Shown here: positions 10,398-21,010 of the stretch, piece by piece
Layout: the number at the start of each line of letters is the position of its first letter
Position numbering within the stretch: the stretch's first letter is position 1
NCBI GenBank assembly: GCA_048938105.1
Contig: JBHLMN010000005.1
Span: forward strand, 1 to 64,000
Origin: Promethearchaeota archaeon
Lineage (GTDB): Archaea > Asgardarchaeota > Heimdallarchaeia > Hodarchaeales > Hodarchaeaceae
Length of the DNA: 64,000 nucleotides
Direction of reading: 5' to 3'
Notes under the pieces: model-generated
Seen by the model: the letters and a program-made list of their open reading frames with translations, nothing else
Told to the model about the DNA's origin: nothing
Databases searched by the model: none
Program-made: the position numbers and the translations under genes

Positions 10398-11135
10398 GTG
10401 AAAAAACAAATGGAAATAATTAAGTTTTCAGAAATTTCTGTTCGTGACCTAATTAAACACCGTAGTGTTTTCCCAAAGAAAGATGAGACTAGAAAAACTA
10501 TCAATGAGGATAACATAAGACGCGCTTTTCTATCAATTTCAGGAGAAAGATCCGAGGATCAAATTAAAGAAACAATCGAGTGGTTGGAGAGAATTTCTGA
10601 TTATATCCCGATTCCTACAGAGAAAGAGTTAGAAGAGATCATAAAATTGATGGTCCAACTAAGTGAGGTTCGTGCTCGTCTTAATTTCTTGTACGATAAA
10701 CCAGGTCTTAGTTTAATGAAAAGAGTACGAGAATGTATGATCCGATACCTAGTTATTTTATCAGAAATAAGAGCTCAACGAAAAGAATATTTTGCTCATT
10801 TCTTCACTAATCAATCTTGGATATTCGATTGGAGTCAAGTAATTCTTGATCTCTCTCCATATGAAAAAATGGAAAAATTTAATTTTCCAGATTTAACAGC
10901 ACACGACTTCTTACACTTATTAATGCTTGAATTAGCTTGTGCCGATTCTACCTCGAAGCTCGAAAGACCTATGATAAGGATGCAGGCTATTGAAGATAAA
11001 CCTAACAGGTTTCTTATTATTCCTACTGATGCAGCTGCAAAAGAATATCAAATGCATGTTTCAAAAATACTAAATAACGAATTATCTTTCTCAGAGTGGA
11101 TGAAAAACACACTTAGTGCGTATCAACTACCATAA
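10398..11135 (+). CDS. Hypothetical protein (predicted helical, soluble)
   Basis: 245-aa ORF with protein-like composition; no recognised motif. Confidence 0.7.
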   Translation: MKKQMEIIKFSEISVRDLIKHRSVFPKKDETRKTINEDNIRRAFLSISGERSEDQIKETIEWLERISDYIPIPTEKELEEIIKLMVQLSEVRARLNFLYDKPGLSLMKRVRECMIRYLVILSEIRAQRKEYFAHFFTNQSWIFDWSQVILDLSPYEKMEKFNFPDLTAHDFLHLLMLELACADSTSKLERPMIRMQAIEDKPNRFLIIPTDAAAKEYQMHVSKILNNELSFSEWMKNTLSAYQLP

Positions 11136-11203
11136 AGATCAAAAGATCGTGTAAAAATGGTTGAGTAGATAAATAAGGAGACTTGAGGTTCTAAACTGTA
11201 AGC

Positions 11204-13900
11204 TTATTCTCCTTTTTTATTTTTTGGAGGAGTAAGGTCTGGATGTAAGACTTTAAACCTTTCTTCCAAGTATTCGTCAATCACCTTATCCCACCCAGCC
11301 CAGATTAACGGAGTCATTTGCATCTGTCTGGGAACATAACTGTTAATCGCGTTTGCAATATTTTTGGTTGATGAGCGATAACTTGGTATTACTGTGCTAA
11401 CAACTGTGATTGTAAATGCAATTGTAACCCAAAAAAGGATTAAAATCCAGGAAATATTTGGTTTTATAGGGATTGATTGACTTATATACCATGCCATCAG
11501 TTCTCCTCCAACTATCCCGTTAATAATTCCCACAATCACCCCAGTTATTCCAAGAAGAGTGGACTCTCCAAAAAAGGTGGAAAATACCTCACTCTTGGAA
11601 AGACCCATTGCACGCATGATTCCCATCTCTCGCTCCATTCTTAGCGTTGAAATTAAAATGCAAATGAACTGAGCGAGTCCCGATAATAGAAAAGTGTGAA
11701 GGAAAAGTATCTGAAAAAATGCTGTTTGTACTATTAGAGAACGTTCAATAACCTTCGTATAGAAATCGACAGCAACTACTTCCTTAAAAATGGCAGAATA
11801 TTTCACCGAGAGATGATCTGTGATAGTTTTAAGAGGTTGACTATCATCTATTGTTGACATTAAAAACCAATTTACTGTATTATTTTTCCAGAATTCTTGA
11901 AACAAATCGGTTGAGAAGTACATATAAAAACCATGTTGGAGGAAAGGATTCCCAGCTATAATTCCGGTAACTCTCACTTCAGTACTTGAATTTGACGTCA
12001 CCTGAACAGTGATATTTTCACCCACTTTAGCTCCAATGCGGTCTCTAAGAAAATGGCTGACAATTGCGCCTCTGTTTGTTTTGTTTAGCAATTCTGGTAT
12101 ATTAGGTTCAGCAGGACTTAAAATCGATTCCTCGAAGAAATAACTTGAAGAAACAGGGTCTACTCCAAAAATATATCCATCTGCATTACTAATTTTCGTT
12201 CTTTGTTGCAGAATGAAGGCTGCTTTGTCTATATTGGTATTATTTGAGACTAAAGTATCTCCAAATGATAATGGAACTTGTGCGCCATCTTTAGTCTCCG
12301 CGATAATATCAATCCTTCCATACCTTTGGTTATAATATTCTGGAACTGTTTCAATAATAGCTGATGATATAATACCAATTACTAGAATGAATGAGAGCGC
12401 AAGAGCGGTAACCATAATCGTAATTATCGATTTTTGAAATTCTCTGCCGATATTTCGCGTGGCAATAGTTCTTGGCACTATTTTATGCCAAAACATAAGT
12501 TTCATTCCAACTCTAGGCAAAAAATGTAATAATCCTGTTTCAAGAAGTAAAGTCCCAAAAAAGACAGAAAAAACCGCAAAAAAATGCCAAGAAATTAGCT
12601 CAAAAGCCAAGAACCTACTTGGGCCAATAAAATAGGTAGTTCCAATTCCTATTAGAGCTAAAATAATTCCAGCTATTAGAAATAGAATCCAATTTTTTGT
12701 AGTAGTGGTTTTCTTTTTCATCTTCCAGTGAATATTCTGAACCACAGGAACCGTAGTTGCGATGAAAATAGGGTATAAACCTGATATTAGAGCAACGAGA
12801 ATTCCTGTAATGTATGTTGCAATTATAGAAGTTGGAAGAAGAACCAACGAATGAATACTTAATCTTGGGAAATTGATATTTAAGAAAGTTAGAAGCACAA
12901 TGGAAAACAGAAATCCAGTTAGAACACCAATAAGACTTCCTATTCCACTATAAATTAATATCTCTATTCCAAGGTACTTAATAATCTGTCGATTTGAGGA
13001 ACCAATTGCTCTTAATATCCCAAATTCTTTTGAGCGTTCATTAACATTGATTGCTAGAATATTAGTAATAAATAAGAATTCTACAACAAACGAAGCAATG
13101 ATTATAAGATTCATTGCGGCCTGATACGATTGAATGGCTAATATATCGTTGTCACTGATTGATTTTTCTCTATAAATATAATAATCTAGACCCACTCCCT
13201 CTGTGTCCTCAATTCTTTCTGCAATAGTATTGATCTTGATGAAATCACTAACTTTTATTACTAAATGGAAATTTAAAGGAGTAGTATCGGTAAACGAATT
13301 TAACATATAATTTAAATCTAATAGAACTAACAAAAAGCCAATATAATTACCAAAATATGATTCATCTTTCATTATTCCTGAAATTCTTGTATCTGCACCA
13401 CGAAAACTATACTCTGGATTCCCAGGAAGAGAATATATTTGTCCAGGGTTAATATGAATGAAATTTGCAATAGATTGGGAAATTATCGCTTCCCCAGGTT
13501 CTAATGTGCGATTACCGAAATTTAATTCTATATGAGAAAAATCAGGGTGCGATTCCATTTCTAATCCATAGAGTATGATGTTATTGGGAATATCCGTCAA
13601 TTCAGGGGTATCAGGTATGAAAGCAATTGTTGCAACTGGACTGGCTGTTTCTACTCCTGGTACTGACCTTACTAGCTCTGCTAAGCTTCTCATATCTTCG
13701 ATGGTTGTTTTTTCCTTCGAATGAATGGTTATATCAGTAAAATTGTTTCCTCTATGACTTTCAATAAAATCTTCATAAAGAGAATCTATAGAAATCGCTA
13801 TTCCTGTTTCAAGGCCCACTGAAATGGCAATACCAGTTATTATAAGGAATGTGCGCCATCGATTGCGGGTGACATTTCGCTTAGGAATGGTTTTAGACAT
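11204..13900 (-). CDS. FtsX/MacB-like ABC permease (two MacB-PCD/FtsX repeats)
   Basis: RNVTRNRWRTFL start, ERSKEFGILRAIG and EREMGIMRAMG FtsX motifs, large extracytoplasmic loops. Confidence 0.9.
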   Translation of the reverse strand: MSKTIPKRNVTRNRWRTFLIITGIAISVGLETGIAISIDSLYEDFIESHRGNNFTDITIHSKEKTTIEDMRSLAELVRSVPGVETASPVATIAFIPDTPELTDIPNNIILYGLEMESHPDFSHIELNFGNRTLEPGEAIISQSIANFIHINPGQIYSLPGNPEYSFRGADTRISGIMKDESYFGNYIGFLLVLLDLNYMLNSFTDTTPLNFHLVIKVSDFIKINTIAERIEDTEGVGLDYYIYREKSISDNDILAIQSYQAAMNLIIIASFVVEFLFITNILAINVNERSKEFGILRAIGSSNRQIIKYLGIEILIYSGIGSLIGVLTGFLFSIVLLTFLNINFPRLSIHSLVLLPTSIIATYITGILVALISGLYPIFIATTVPVVQNIHWKMKKKTTTTKNWILFLIAGIILALIGIGTTYFIGPSRFLAFELISWHFFAVFSVFFGTLLLETGLLHFLPRVGMKLMFWHKIVPRTIATRNIGREFQKSIITIMVTALALSFILVIGIISSAIIETVPEYYNQRYGRIDIIAETKDGAQVPLSFGDTLVSNNTNIDKAAFILQQRTKISNADGYIFGVDPVSSSYFFEESILSPAEPNIPELLNKTNRGAIVSHFLRDRIGAKVGENITVQVTSNSSTEVRVTGIIAGNPFLQHGFYMYFSTDLFQEFWKNNTVNWFLMSTIDDSQPLKTITDHLSVKYSAIFKEVVAVDFYTKVIERSLIVQTAFFQILFLHTFLLSGLAQFICILISTLRMEREMGIMRAMGLSKSEVFSTFFGESTLLGITGVIVGIINGIVGGELMAWYISQSIPIKPNISWILILFWVTIAFTITVVSTVIPSYRSSTKNIANAINSYVPRQMQMTPLIWAGWDKVIDEYLEERFKVLHPDLTPPKNKKGE

Positions 13901-14029
13901 GTGAAACCAAGCTATATATCACTAAAATACTATATTTGTTTTGTGGTAGCTGAAATTCTCGCTTTTTCAAAATATTTTGTGTAATGAGAAAGATTTCACT
14001 AATCATATTATTTTTCCTGATGTTAGGTA

Positions 14030-14506
14030 CTATCCTCCTAGATTTGAAATTAAAACAGCGATTGCCAGTAAACTAATAGCAGCAGCAATGTCTTCCATAC
14101 TATTGCCAAATTGAAAAAAGCCTAATTCAAATTTGAATTTCTCATCACGAGCTTTGGTTAGTTCCACCCTATCCATGTATCTTTTGAAACTCTTTCTAGC
14201 TGAGGTTTGTGATAGATCACTACAGCCACCTATCAAGAAAAAAATACCAGAAACAAGCAGGATTGCAAGTCCCCAGACTCTGAAAAGAACTTCCCCAGAA
14301 ATCAAAGAAAAAACAATGGCTGGAATAAATGTTAGAAATAAACCAGAACCAATTTTTTTTATGAAACCGCTGAATGTTGGTTTCTCTAACTGGGGGTACG
14401 TTGTTGAAGAAACCGAATCAGTATCTTTTTTCCAATAATCAGAACTTTTTTTTTGCATGGAGATTCGACTGATATCTTGTTTATCGTTGTTAGGAGAGTT
14501 ATTCAT
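14030..14506 (-). CDS. Small membrane protein (about 3 TM)
   Basis: Three hydrophobic segments; lies directly downstream of oppF on the same strand. Confidence 0.7.
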   Translation of the reverse strand: MNNSPNNDKQDISRISMQKKSSDYWKKDTDSVSSTTYPQLEKPTFSGFIKKIGSGLFLTFIPAIVFSLISGEVLFRVWGLAILLVSGIFFLIGGCSDLSQTSARKSFKRYMDRVELTKARDEKFKFELGFFQFGNSMEDIAAAISLLAIAVLISNLGG

Positions 14507-14541
14507 TACTCAACCCTATAAATAAAGTTTTTATGCTGGAT

Positions 14542-15546
14542 TCAACCAGGTTCAATTGGGTAGTGACACGCTACCAAGTGTCCAGGAGAGATTTCGACCA
14601 TATCAGGTTCAACATCAGCACATTTTTGTTTTGCATAGATACATCTAGTTCTGAATCTGCATCCTGATGGAGGGTTCAAGGGACTCTCAACGTCACCAGG
14701 TAGAATGATTCGTTTTCTTTCTAAAGTGGGATCTGGGATAGGAATTGCTGAGATAAGGGCTTCAGTATAAGGGTGACGTGGCTGACTGACGAATTCCTCA
14801 GCAGGTGCAAGTTCAACTATCTTACCAAGGTACATCACAGCAATACGATTACTAACGTGTCTAACAACGCTTAAATCGTGAGCAATAAAGACATATGTAA
14901 GATTGAATCGTTTTCGGATATCTTTCAACAAATTAAGTATTTGTGCTTGAACTGCTACATCTAATGCTGACACGGGTTCATCAGCAATTATTAACTGGGG
15001 TTCAACTGCTAATGCACGAGCAATACCTATCCGTTGACGTTGCCCTCCACTGAATTCGTGAGCATATCGTAATGCATGATAATCTTCTAGGCCACAGAGA
15101 TTAAGAAGTTTAACTACCTGTTCTCGACGTTCTTTCTTAGACATTCCCCTTTGGTGTATAATGAATGGTTCTCCAACGATTTCACTAACTGTCATCCGTG
15201 GATTCAGAGATAGGTATGGGTCTTGAAAAATCAATTGTGCTTGTTTACGGAACCAAAGTTCCTTTTTCCTATCATTAATTTCAAAAATATCAGTTCCATC
15301 AAAAGTAACTTTACCACTGGTTGCTGGAATTAATTTGAGAAGGACACGGCCTAGCGTTGTTTTTCCGCAACCAGATTCACCAACTAAACCAAAGATTTCT
15401 CCTTCCATTAACTTGATAGTGACACCATCCACTGCTTTGATATGGCCAAGTAAGGCACTACGTAAAACACCTTTTTGATAGACAGGAAAATATTTCGTAA
15501 CATTATCAGTTTCTAGAATGACCTTTTGGAAACTCTGATTACTCAT
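14542..15546 (-). CDS. oppF: Oligopeptide/dipeptide ABC ATPase
   Basis: GESGCGKT, FSGGQRQR, DEPVSALD, HPYT and the C-terminal Cys-rich oligo_HPY domain. Confidence 0.93.
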   Translation of the reverse strand: MSNQSFQKVILETDNVTKYFPVYQKGVLRSALLGHIKAVDGVTIKLMEGEIFGLVGESGCGKTTLGRVLLKLIPATSGKVTFDGTDIFEINDRKKELWFRKQAQLIFQDPYLSLNPRMTVSEIVGEPFIIHQRGMSKKERREQVVKLLNLCGLEDYHALRYAHEFSGGQRQRIGIARALAVEPQLIIADEPVSALDVAVQAQILNLLKDIRKRFNLTYVFIAHDLSVVRHVSNRIAVMYLGKIVELAPAEEFVSQPRHPYTEALISAIPIPDPTLERKRIILPGDVESPLNPPSGCRFRTRCIYAKQKCADVEPDMVEISPGHLVACHYPIEPG

Positions 15547-16592
15547 TGGGAGCTCTCCTTAGCAGAGTTAATTTCTCTATGGAAATGACATGCGACAAAA
15601 TGTTCTGGAGTCCAATCTTCTAAGATTGGGACTTCTTCAGCACACTTACTGCGGGCATAGTTACAACGAGGATGAAATCTACAACCAGAGGGAGGATCAA
15701 GCAAATCAGGGACACTACCAGGTAAAGTTTGCAATTGATCAACCGTTAAATCGAGTCGTGGAATGGCAGCCATTAATGCTTGAGTATATGGGTGCCTTGG
15801 ATCTTTGAAAATGGTTCTAACCGAAGCCATCTCAACAATATGCCCCCCATACATTACACCAACACGTTGACAATTTTCAGCAATGATACCGAGGTTATGC
15901 GTTATCAATAGAACAGACATGCCAAATTTGTCCTGTAAAGTACGGATAATATCTAGGATTTGAGCTTGTATTGTCACGTCTAGGGCAGTAGTAGGTTCGT
16001 CAGCAATTAGTAAGTTTGGGCTGCAAGATAACGATCTACCAATCATAACTCGTTGTCTCATGCCGCCACTAAATTGATGAGGATAATCATCAACACGTTC
16101 TCTCGCTAGGGGAATACCCACTTCTTGCATCATCTGAATAGCCTTTTCTTTGGCGACATCTTTTTTTACATGTTGGTGTAACCTAATTACTTCGGCTATT
16201 TGTTCTCCAACTGTAAAAACTGGATTAAGAGATGAGAGGGGATCCTGAAAAATCATAGATATCTCCGCTCCTCGGATCTTTCTAAGCTCTTTGTCCTTCA
16301 GCTTTAAAAGATCTTTTCCTTTAAAATTCACTTCTCCAGTTTCAATAATACCTGGAAATCTTACTAATTTCATACAGGAAAGGGCAGTTACAGTTTTTCC
16401 ACATCCACTTTCACCAACTAATCCAAAAATCTCCCCTTTCTGTATATGGAACGAAACGTGTTCTACAGCTTTGACAATGCCAAATTCAGTATAAAAATAA
16501 GTTGTTAAATCTTTAACATCCATAAGAATTTCTTCATTTTGAATGGGTGTCGTAATTTTGCTTTCACTGATGTTTTGTTCTGCTGCTGTCAA
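15543..16592 (-). CDS. oppD: Oligopeptide/dipeptide ABC ATPase
   Basis: GESGCGKT, FSGGMRQR, DEPTTALD, HPYT, GCRFHPRC; overlaps oppF by 4 bp. Confidence 0.93.
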   Translation of the reverse strand: MTAAEQNISESKITTPIQNEEILMDVKDLTTYFYTEFGIVKAVEHVSFHIQKGEIFGLVGESGCGKTVTALSCMKLVRFPGIIETGEVNFKGKDLLKLKDKELRKIRGAEISMIFQDPLSSLNPVFTVGEQIAEVIRLHQHVKKDVAKEKAIQMMQEVGIPLARERVDDYPHQFSGGMRQRVMIGRSLSCSPNLLIADEPTTALDVTIQAQILDIIRTLQDKFGMSVLLITHNLGIIAENCQRVGVMYGGHIVEMASVRTIFKDPRHPYTQALMAAIPRLDLTVDQLQTLPGSVPDLLDPPSGCRFHPRCNYARSKCAEEVPILEDWTPEHFVACHFHREINSAKESSQ

Positions 16593-16618
16593 TAATAATC
16601 ACTCCAATAACTTTCTAA

Positions 16619-18106
16619 CTATCTTAACCTTGGATCAAAAGCATCACGTAATCCATCACCAAGGAGATTAAATGCTAAAACTGCAAAAATGATGAAGAGT
16701 GCAGGGAATAGCACTGGCCACCATGCAACTGACACGATAGCCACTCCATCATCGAGTTCACGTCCCCAACTAGCAAGTGATTGGTCTGTGAAACCTAGGA
16801 ATGCTAAACCAGCTTCAGCAACAATATTAACTGCTAAAGCATAGGTAACAACAACTATTAAAGGAGCTAGAATGTTAGGTAGAATATGAATGATCATAAT
16901 CCTTTTATTCGATGCCCCCAAAGCTCGGGCAGCTTCGACGTAGTCCATTTCACGAATTTGTAAAATGGTTGCTCGAACAAGACGAGTAATCCCCATCCAA
17001 CCGAATATACCCAAGCCTAGCGTGACAGAAACGAGAATAACTTCAGCAGTGATTCCAAGGCGAATGATAAGATTGTCTAATGCTGGTGTATCTTGTAATA
17101 CAACGATTACTAGAATCATTACAAAGTAGAATGGTAACGTGAGAAAAATATCTGTAATTCTCATGATGACTTCGTCTATTCTTCCTCGGAAGTATCCTGC
17201 AATCATACCTAAAGGAATACCTATGAACATTGAAATGATAATTGCACCTACACTTACAATAAGTGAAACCCGAGAGCCATAGAATAACTTTGAAAGTAAG
17301 TCATGAGACCTCCAGTTCGTACCTAACAAATGAAAATGTTTGAAATATATTCCTGCTTCAAGTTGAATATTATCCAGAAGAATATTTGACCCACTATCGT
17401 CTTTGATAAATTTAATTGTATCTGGGTTTCGTACTCTCGTTTTAATTGTCATATTACTTTCAAAATAGAGTCTTTCTCTCTTGATTTTCCATGTATTGTT
17501 ATTATCAACTATATAATCAAACCGTGTTGGACTTGCATCTTCATAAGTAAATATGACTGAAAGAATTGTTGGTTGTTCACCCTCTAAATATACTGAAAAA
17601 GATAAAGTTGAAAAAAGAAGATCCTCCCTTGAAGTTATGTCTTGAAGAATCTCAGTACCAGGAACGGTACTTCGAATAGCATAGAATCCGTTACCACCAG
17701 ATATTCCTTCATCATCAAGGTTAATTCTTTCCCACCCTGCATTCAATCCAGTCCAATATATTTCAGGAGTAGCACTCTCAAAACTTCCATCTTGAAAAGT
17801 AAAATCTGGTCGAAACGTTATTTCTGCTATATTTGCTGCACCCTCCGCATATCCTGGAGGAAGATACCAAGGAGAATAGTTATATAAGGCCATTGGTTCT
17901 AGAGGGTCATAAGGTGACAAAACATCAGCAAAAATTGCAATTCCAAAAATTGTTATAGAAAGTAAAAGTCCTAATAGCCCTGCTTTATTCTTTCTAAACC
18001 GTCGAAAAGCGATAGCAAGTTGACTGCCAGAGTATTCGGATGCTTTCTTAAATTTCTTTTTCTTTAGGAGTTTACTCTTTCTTCTTTTTGTTCGTGAATC
18101 AAACAT
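16619..18106 (-). CDS. oppC: Oligopeptide ABC permease OppC with a large extracytoplasmic insertion
   Basis: HLLGTN..DLLSKLFYGSRVSL, EAARALGAS (EAA motif), FNLLGDGLRDAFDPR. Confidence 0.92.
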   Translation of the reverse strand: MFDSRTKRRKSKLLKKKKFKKASEYSGSQLAIAFRRFRKNKAGLLGLLLSITIFGIAIFADVLSPYDPLEPMALYNYSPWYLPPGYAEGAANIAEITFRPDFTFQDGSFESATPEIYWTGLNAGWERINLDDEGISGGNGFYAIRSTVPGTEILQDITSREDLLFSTLSFSVYLEGEQPTILSVIFTYEDASPTRFDYIVDNNNTWKIKRERLYFESNMTIKTRVRNPDTIKFIKDDSGSNILLDNIQLEAGIYFKHFHLLGTNWRSHDLLSKLFYGSRVSLIVSVGAIIISMFIGIPLGMIAGYFRGRIDEVIMRITDIFLTLPFYFVMILVIVVLQDTPALDNLIIRLGITAEVILVSVTLGLGIFGWMGITRLVRATILQIREMDYVEAARALGASNKRIMIIHILPNILAPLIVVVTYALAVNIVAEAGLAFLGFTDQSLASWGRELDDGVAIVSVAWWPVLFPALFIIFAVLAFNLLGDGLRDAFDPRLR

Positions 18107-18135
18107 TTAATTGTCACAGCTCCTTCAATAATTAG

Positions 18136-20385
18136 TTAAAGGGCTACCCTTGGATCAATCACTGAATAAAGCAGGTCTGTAAGGAGATTTGCTAGTAAAA
18201 TCAGGAGTGCAGTTACCATGATCAACCCCATAACAATTGGGTAATCATAAGCTTGGATAGAAGTTACCGCATAGCGGCCAAGGCCAGGCCAACCTAGCGT
18301 TGTTTCTGTGATTGGTGCTCCTCCAAGTAAACCACCAATACTTAAGCCTATATAAGTTACGAGGGGAATCATTACATTTTTAAGCGAATGCCTAAAAATA
18401 ATGGTTCTTTCATCAAAGCCATACGCTTGAGCTGATAAAATAAAATCCTGGCGTATCACTTCCAGATATCCAGATCTCACTAAACGTGTATATAGTGCAA
18501 GTGAAATAATTGTTATCGCACTTATAGGAATTATCAAGTGGAATGTTAGATCCCAGAATTCCCAGCTGAAAAGATCTCTAATAAATGTATCTTTATAGAG
18601 GTAAACGTATAGCAGGTTGACATTTTGGGCGTTCAACCATGATGTTGTCATACCGCCAGGTGGTAATATAGGAATATAATAACCAAAAGCCAAGATGAAT
18701 AGGATTATCATTAAGAAGATAGGCATAGCTAATCCTGCAGCGACAAAAATCGAAATTGTATTATCTTCCCATGAGTATTGTCTTAGACCAGCGTAAATTC
18801 CTAGTGGTATAGAAATAATAATGGTCAAGATGAGAGGAAGAATCGAGATTTCAAGAGTGGGCCCAATTCTAACTCCAATTGCATCAACAACTGCCCAACC
18901 ACCATGAATAGAGTTTCCCAAATCCCCCATAATGAAGTGTATGAACCAGTTAAACCACTGAGACTGTGGAGGGGCATTTAATCCGTAAATTCGGATTAAA
19001 TCTCGATAGACAACATCCCTACCAGGCCCAGGTGATAATCTAGACATGATTAGATTGACTGGGCTACCCGTTGCCATCATCAAACCGTAGCTAATTATCG
19101 AAATTCCCACGAACATAGGGACTATCGCAAGAAAGCGTCGTGCTGTGTAACGTAAGACTCGTTCGTCTAGAAAGGGTTGAATAGCTTTAGGGATATAAAT
19201 CGCAATGGCAATTAACAGTGATAGTATGAAAAGTCCCACTCCATGCTGAAAAAGGGTCACTTCGAGATCGTAAATACCATCAAGTTCGATATTAGCAATC
19301 CATCCAATCGCTAAGAGTAAGAATAGAATCACTATAGAAATTCCTAAGAAAAGGCTGATGAGCTTAGTTAATCGTTTTAAAATACGGGGAAGACCTTCTA
19401 AAGACTCTTTTAGAGTGTCACTAATAAAAGGCTCTGGTTGTGATGGTTTCTTAAAGGAATATCTTAATAGGAGAATACCACATATAAAAATGACCAGAGG
19501 ATATATATAGATGACGAAATCTAGATAGAAATCAGATAACGCCCCTACTAGAGAAGAACCCAAAGGTAATCCTTGAATAGTCAGTAGAATACTGTCGTTT
19601 GCGACCCTTTGTGCTGAAGTGTTTTCACCCTCATAAGTTGGTTCATATCCCCAGTTCTTCCATGTAATATTACCTTCAATTACTGTCAGACTTTCCCAGG
19701 TAAAATGGTTGGTTGTTGTTCCAGGTTTTTTAACGTAAGTTGGTTGGAACAAACTAGCAACAAAAATAGTGGATAAGAGTAGTACCACTCCTAGAATCAA
19801 AAAGTTACTACTTTGGCTTCTTGGAATGGTCCACTTGATAAATCTCCAATCAGAATTTTTAATAACTAATATTAAGCCAGCTAAGCCAAATATAATACCA
19901 AGGAAGAGTAATATTATACTAGGAACGTTCAAGGCTAATGGGAAACTAAAGTTGAATATACTGATGTTTGAAGAGATACCATAAAGGCTTATCAGGGAGT
20001 AACTTAATATTAGGATGATTTCATAATAGTATATGAAGAATCCAAGGATATCAAGACCAATAAAAGTAAAAGAAGTGAACAGAACCAGAATAGTCCCTAT
20101 TACCAATAAGTGTTTTGATTGAATCGTGATATCTAAGCCAAGTTTTATTTGCCATTCCGTAAGAAAACCCAATCCAAGGAAAATCACCGATATAAATAAG
20201 CCTATAAGGATAGCAACTGGAGCAGGTATGCTTATCAAACCTAAATTTATATTAATTGTTTCTGCAAATTTTCCAGGTTGAATAAATCCCCATATTTCTG
20301 AAATAATAGCAATTGCAGTAATTATAATAAATTTTTTACTCTTGAATTCTTTGGCTGCTTCTTCAGTCGCCAATCCTATCACCAT
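18136..20385 (-). CDS. oppB: Oligopeptide ABC permease OppB with a long N-terminal multi-TM extension
   Basis: C-terminal ~340 aa: YTARRFL, GDLGNS, HSLKN, TETTLGWPGLG, DYPIVMG, DLLYSVIDPRV. Confidence 0.9.
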   Translation of the reverse strand: MVIGLATEEAAKEFKSKKFIIITAIAIISEIWGFIQPGKFAETININLGLISIPAPVAILIGLFISVIFLGLGFLTEWQIKLGLDITIQSKHLLVIGTILVLFTSFTFIGLDILGFFIYYYEIILILSYSLISLYGISSNISIFNFSFPLALNVPSIILLFLGIIFGLAGLILVIKNSDWRFIKWTIPRSQSSNFLILGVVLLLSTIFVASLFQPTYVKKPGTTTNHFTWESLTVIEGNITWKNWGYEPTYEGENTSAQRVANDSILLTIQGLPLGSSLVGALSDFYLDFVIYIYPLVIFICGILLLRYSFKKPSQPEPFISDTLKESLEGLPRILKRLTKLISLFLGISIVILFLLLAIGWIANIELDGIYDLEVTLFQHGVGLFILSLLIAIAIYIPKAIQPFLDERVLRYTARRFLAIVPMFVGISIISYGLMMATGSPVNLIMSRLSPGPGRDVVYRDLIRIYGLNAPPQSQWFNWFIHFIMGDLGNSIHGGWAVVDAIGVRIGPTLEISILPLILTIIISIPLGIYAGLRQYSWEDNTISIFVAAGLAMPIFLMIILFILAFGYYIPILPPGGMTTSWLNAQNVNLLYVYLYKDTFIRDLFSWEFWDLTFHLIIPISAITIISLALYTRLVRSGYLEVIRQDFILSAQAYGFDERTIIFRHSLKNVMIPLVTYIGLSIGGLLGGAPITETTLGWPGLGRYAVTSIQAYDYPIVMGLIMVTALLILLANLLTDLLYSVIDPRVAL

Positions 20386-20964
20386 ATAATGTTTCTTTTG
20401 TCTATATTGACCAAGACAAATGATATTAATGTTAAATTTTTTTTCACCTTAAACATATAAAAGGTTTGGATTACTGCAATACCTCTCTTTTACAATATTT
20501 AGCGCTTAATTTAGCCATTCTCCTATGTATTAGATTTGATGTACCTATTAGGGAATATCTATTTGTTGAAAAAGCTTTAATACTGAATTGTCTATTCAAT
20601 AGAATTTTCACCTTCTTCTATCTTTCAAGATGTGTAATCTGGCTTTTTTCTTAGATATCAAGATTTGGAAGTACTCAAGTAATTTATTGGAATTGTTTGA
20701 TCATACTCTTAAGAGTAAGAGTTGCTTCGTTAGCGATTATTTCCAAGGCTCTTTATTTAATAGTATATTTATATCCACTATTTGCATCGTTCTTAAGATT
20801 TTTAAATAAAGGAATGTTACATAACTACACGAATAAGAAAGTAAAGAAATTTCACTTCTTTTTTACAATATCGTCCTGTACAGAACTAACTAGCCATTTT
20901 ACCAACTCTTCTAATTTTGCACCGTTCTTAATGTTTTTAAATAATCAGCAGTCAATAATTAGCG

Positions 20965-20984
20965 TTCAAGATATCAATCTTGAA
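20965..20984. promoter_or_regulatory. Palindrome upstream of oppA copy 1
   Basis: TTCAAGAT-atca-ATCTTGAA, about 25 bp downstream of a TTTTTAAATA TATA-like box. Confidence 0.5.
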
Positions 20985-21010
20985 TCCCTAGAAAAGATGT
21001 GAAATAAAAA

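Noticed and set aside
20466-21002. ORFs 20466..20654 and 20697..21002
   Set aside because: Low-complexity, AT-driven translations in a divergent promoter region; a decayed minus-strand gene is possible but no family could be recognised.
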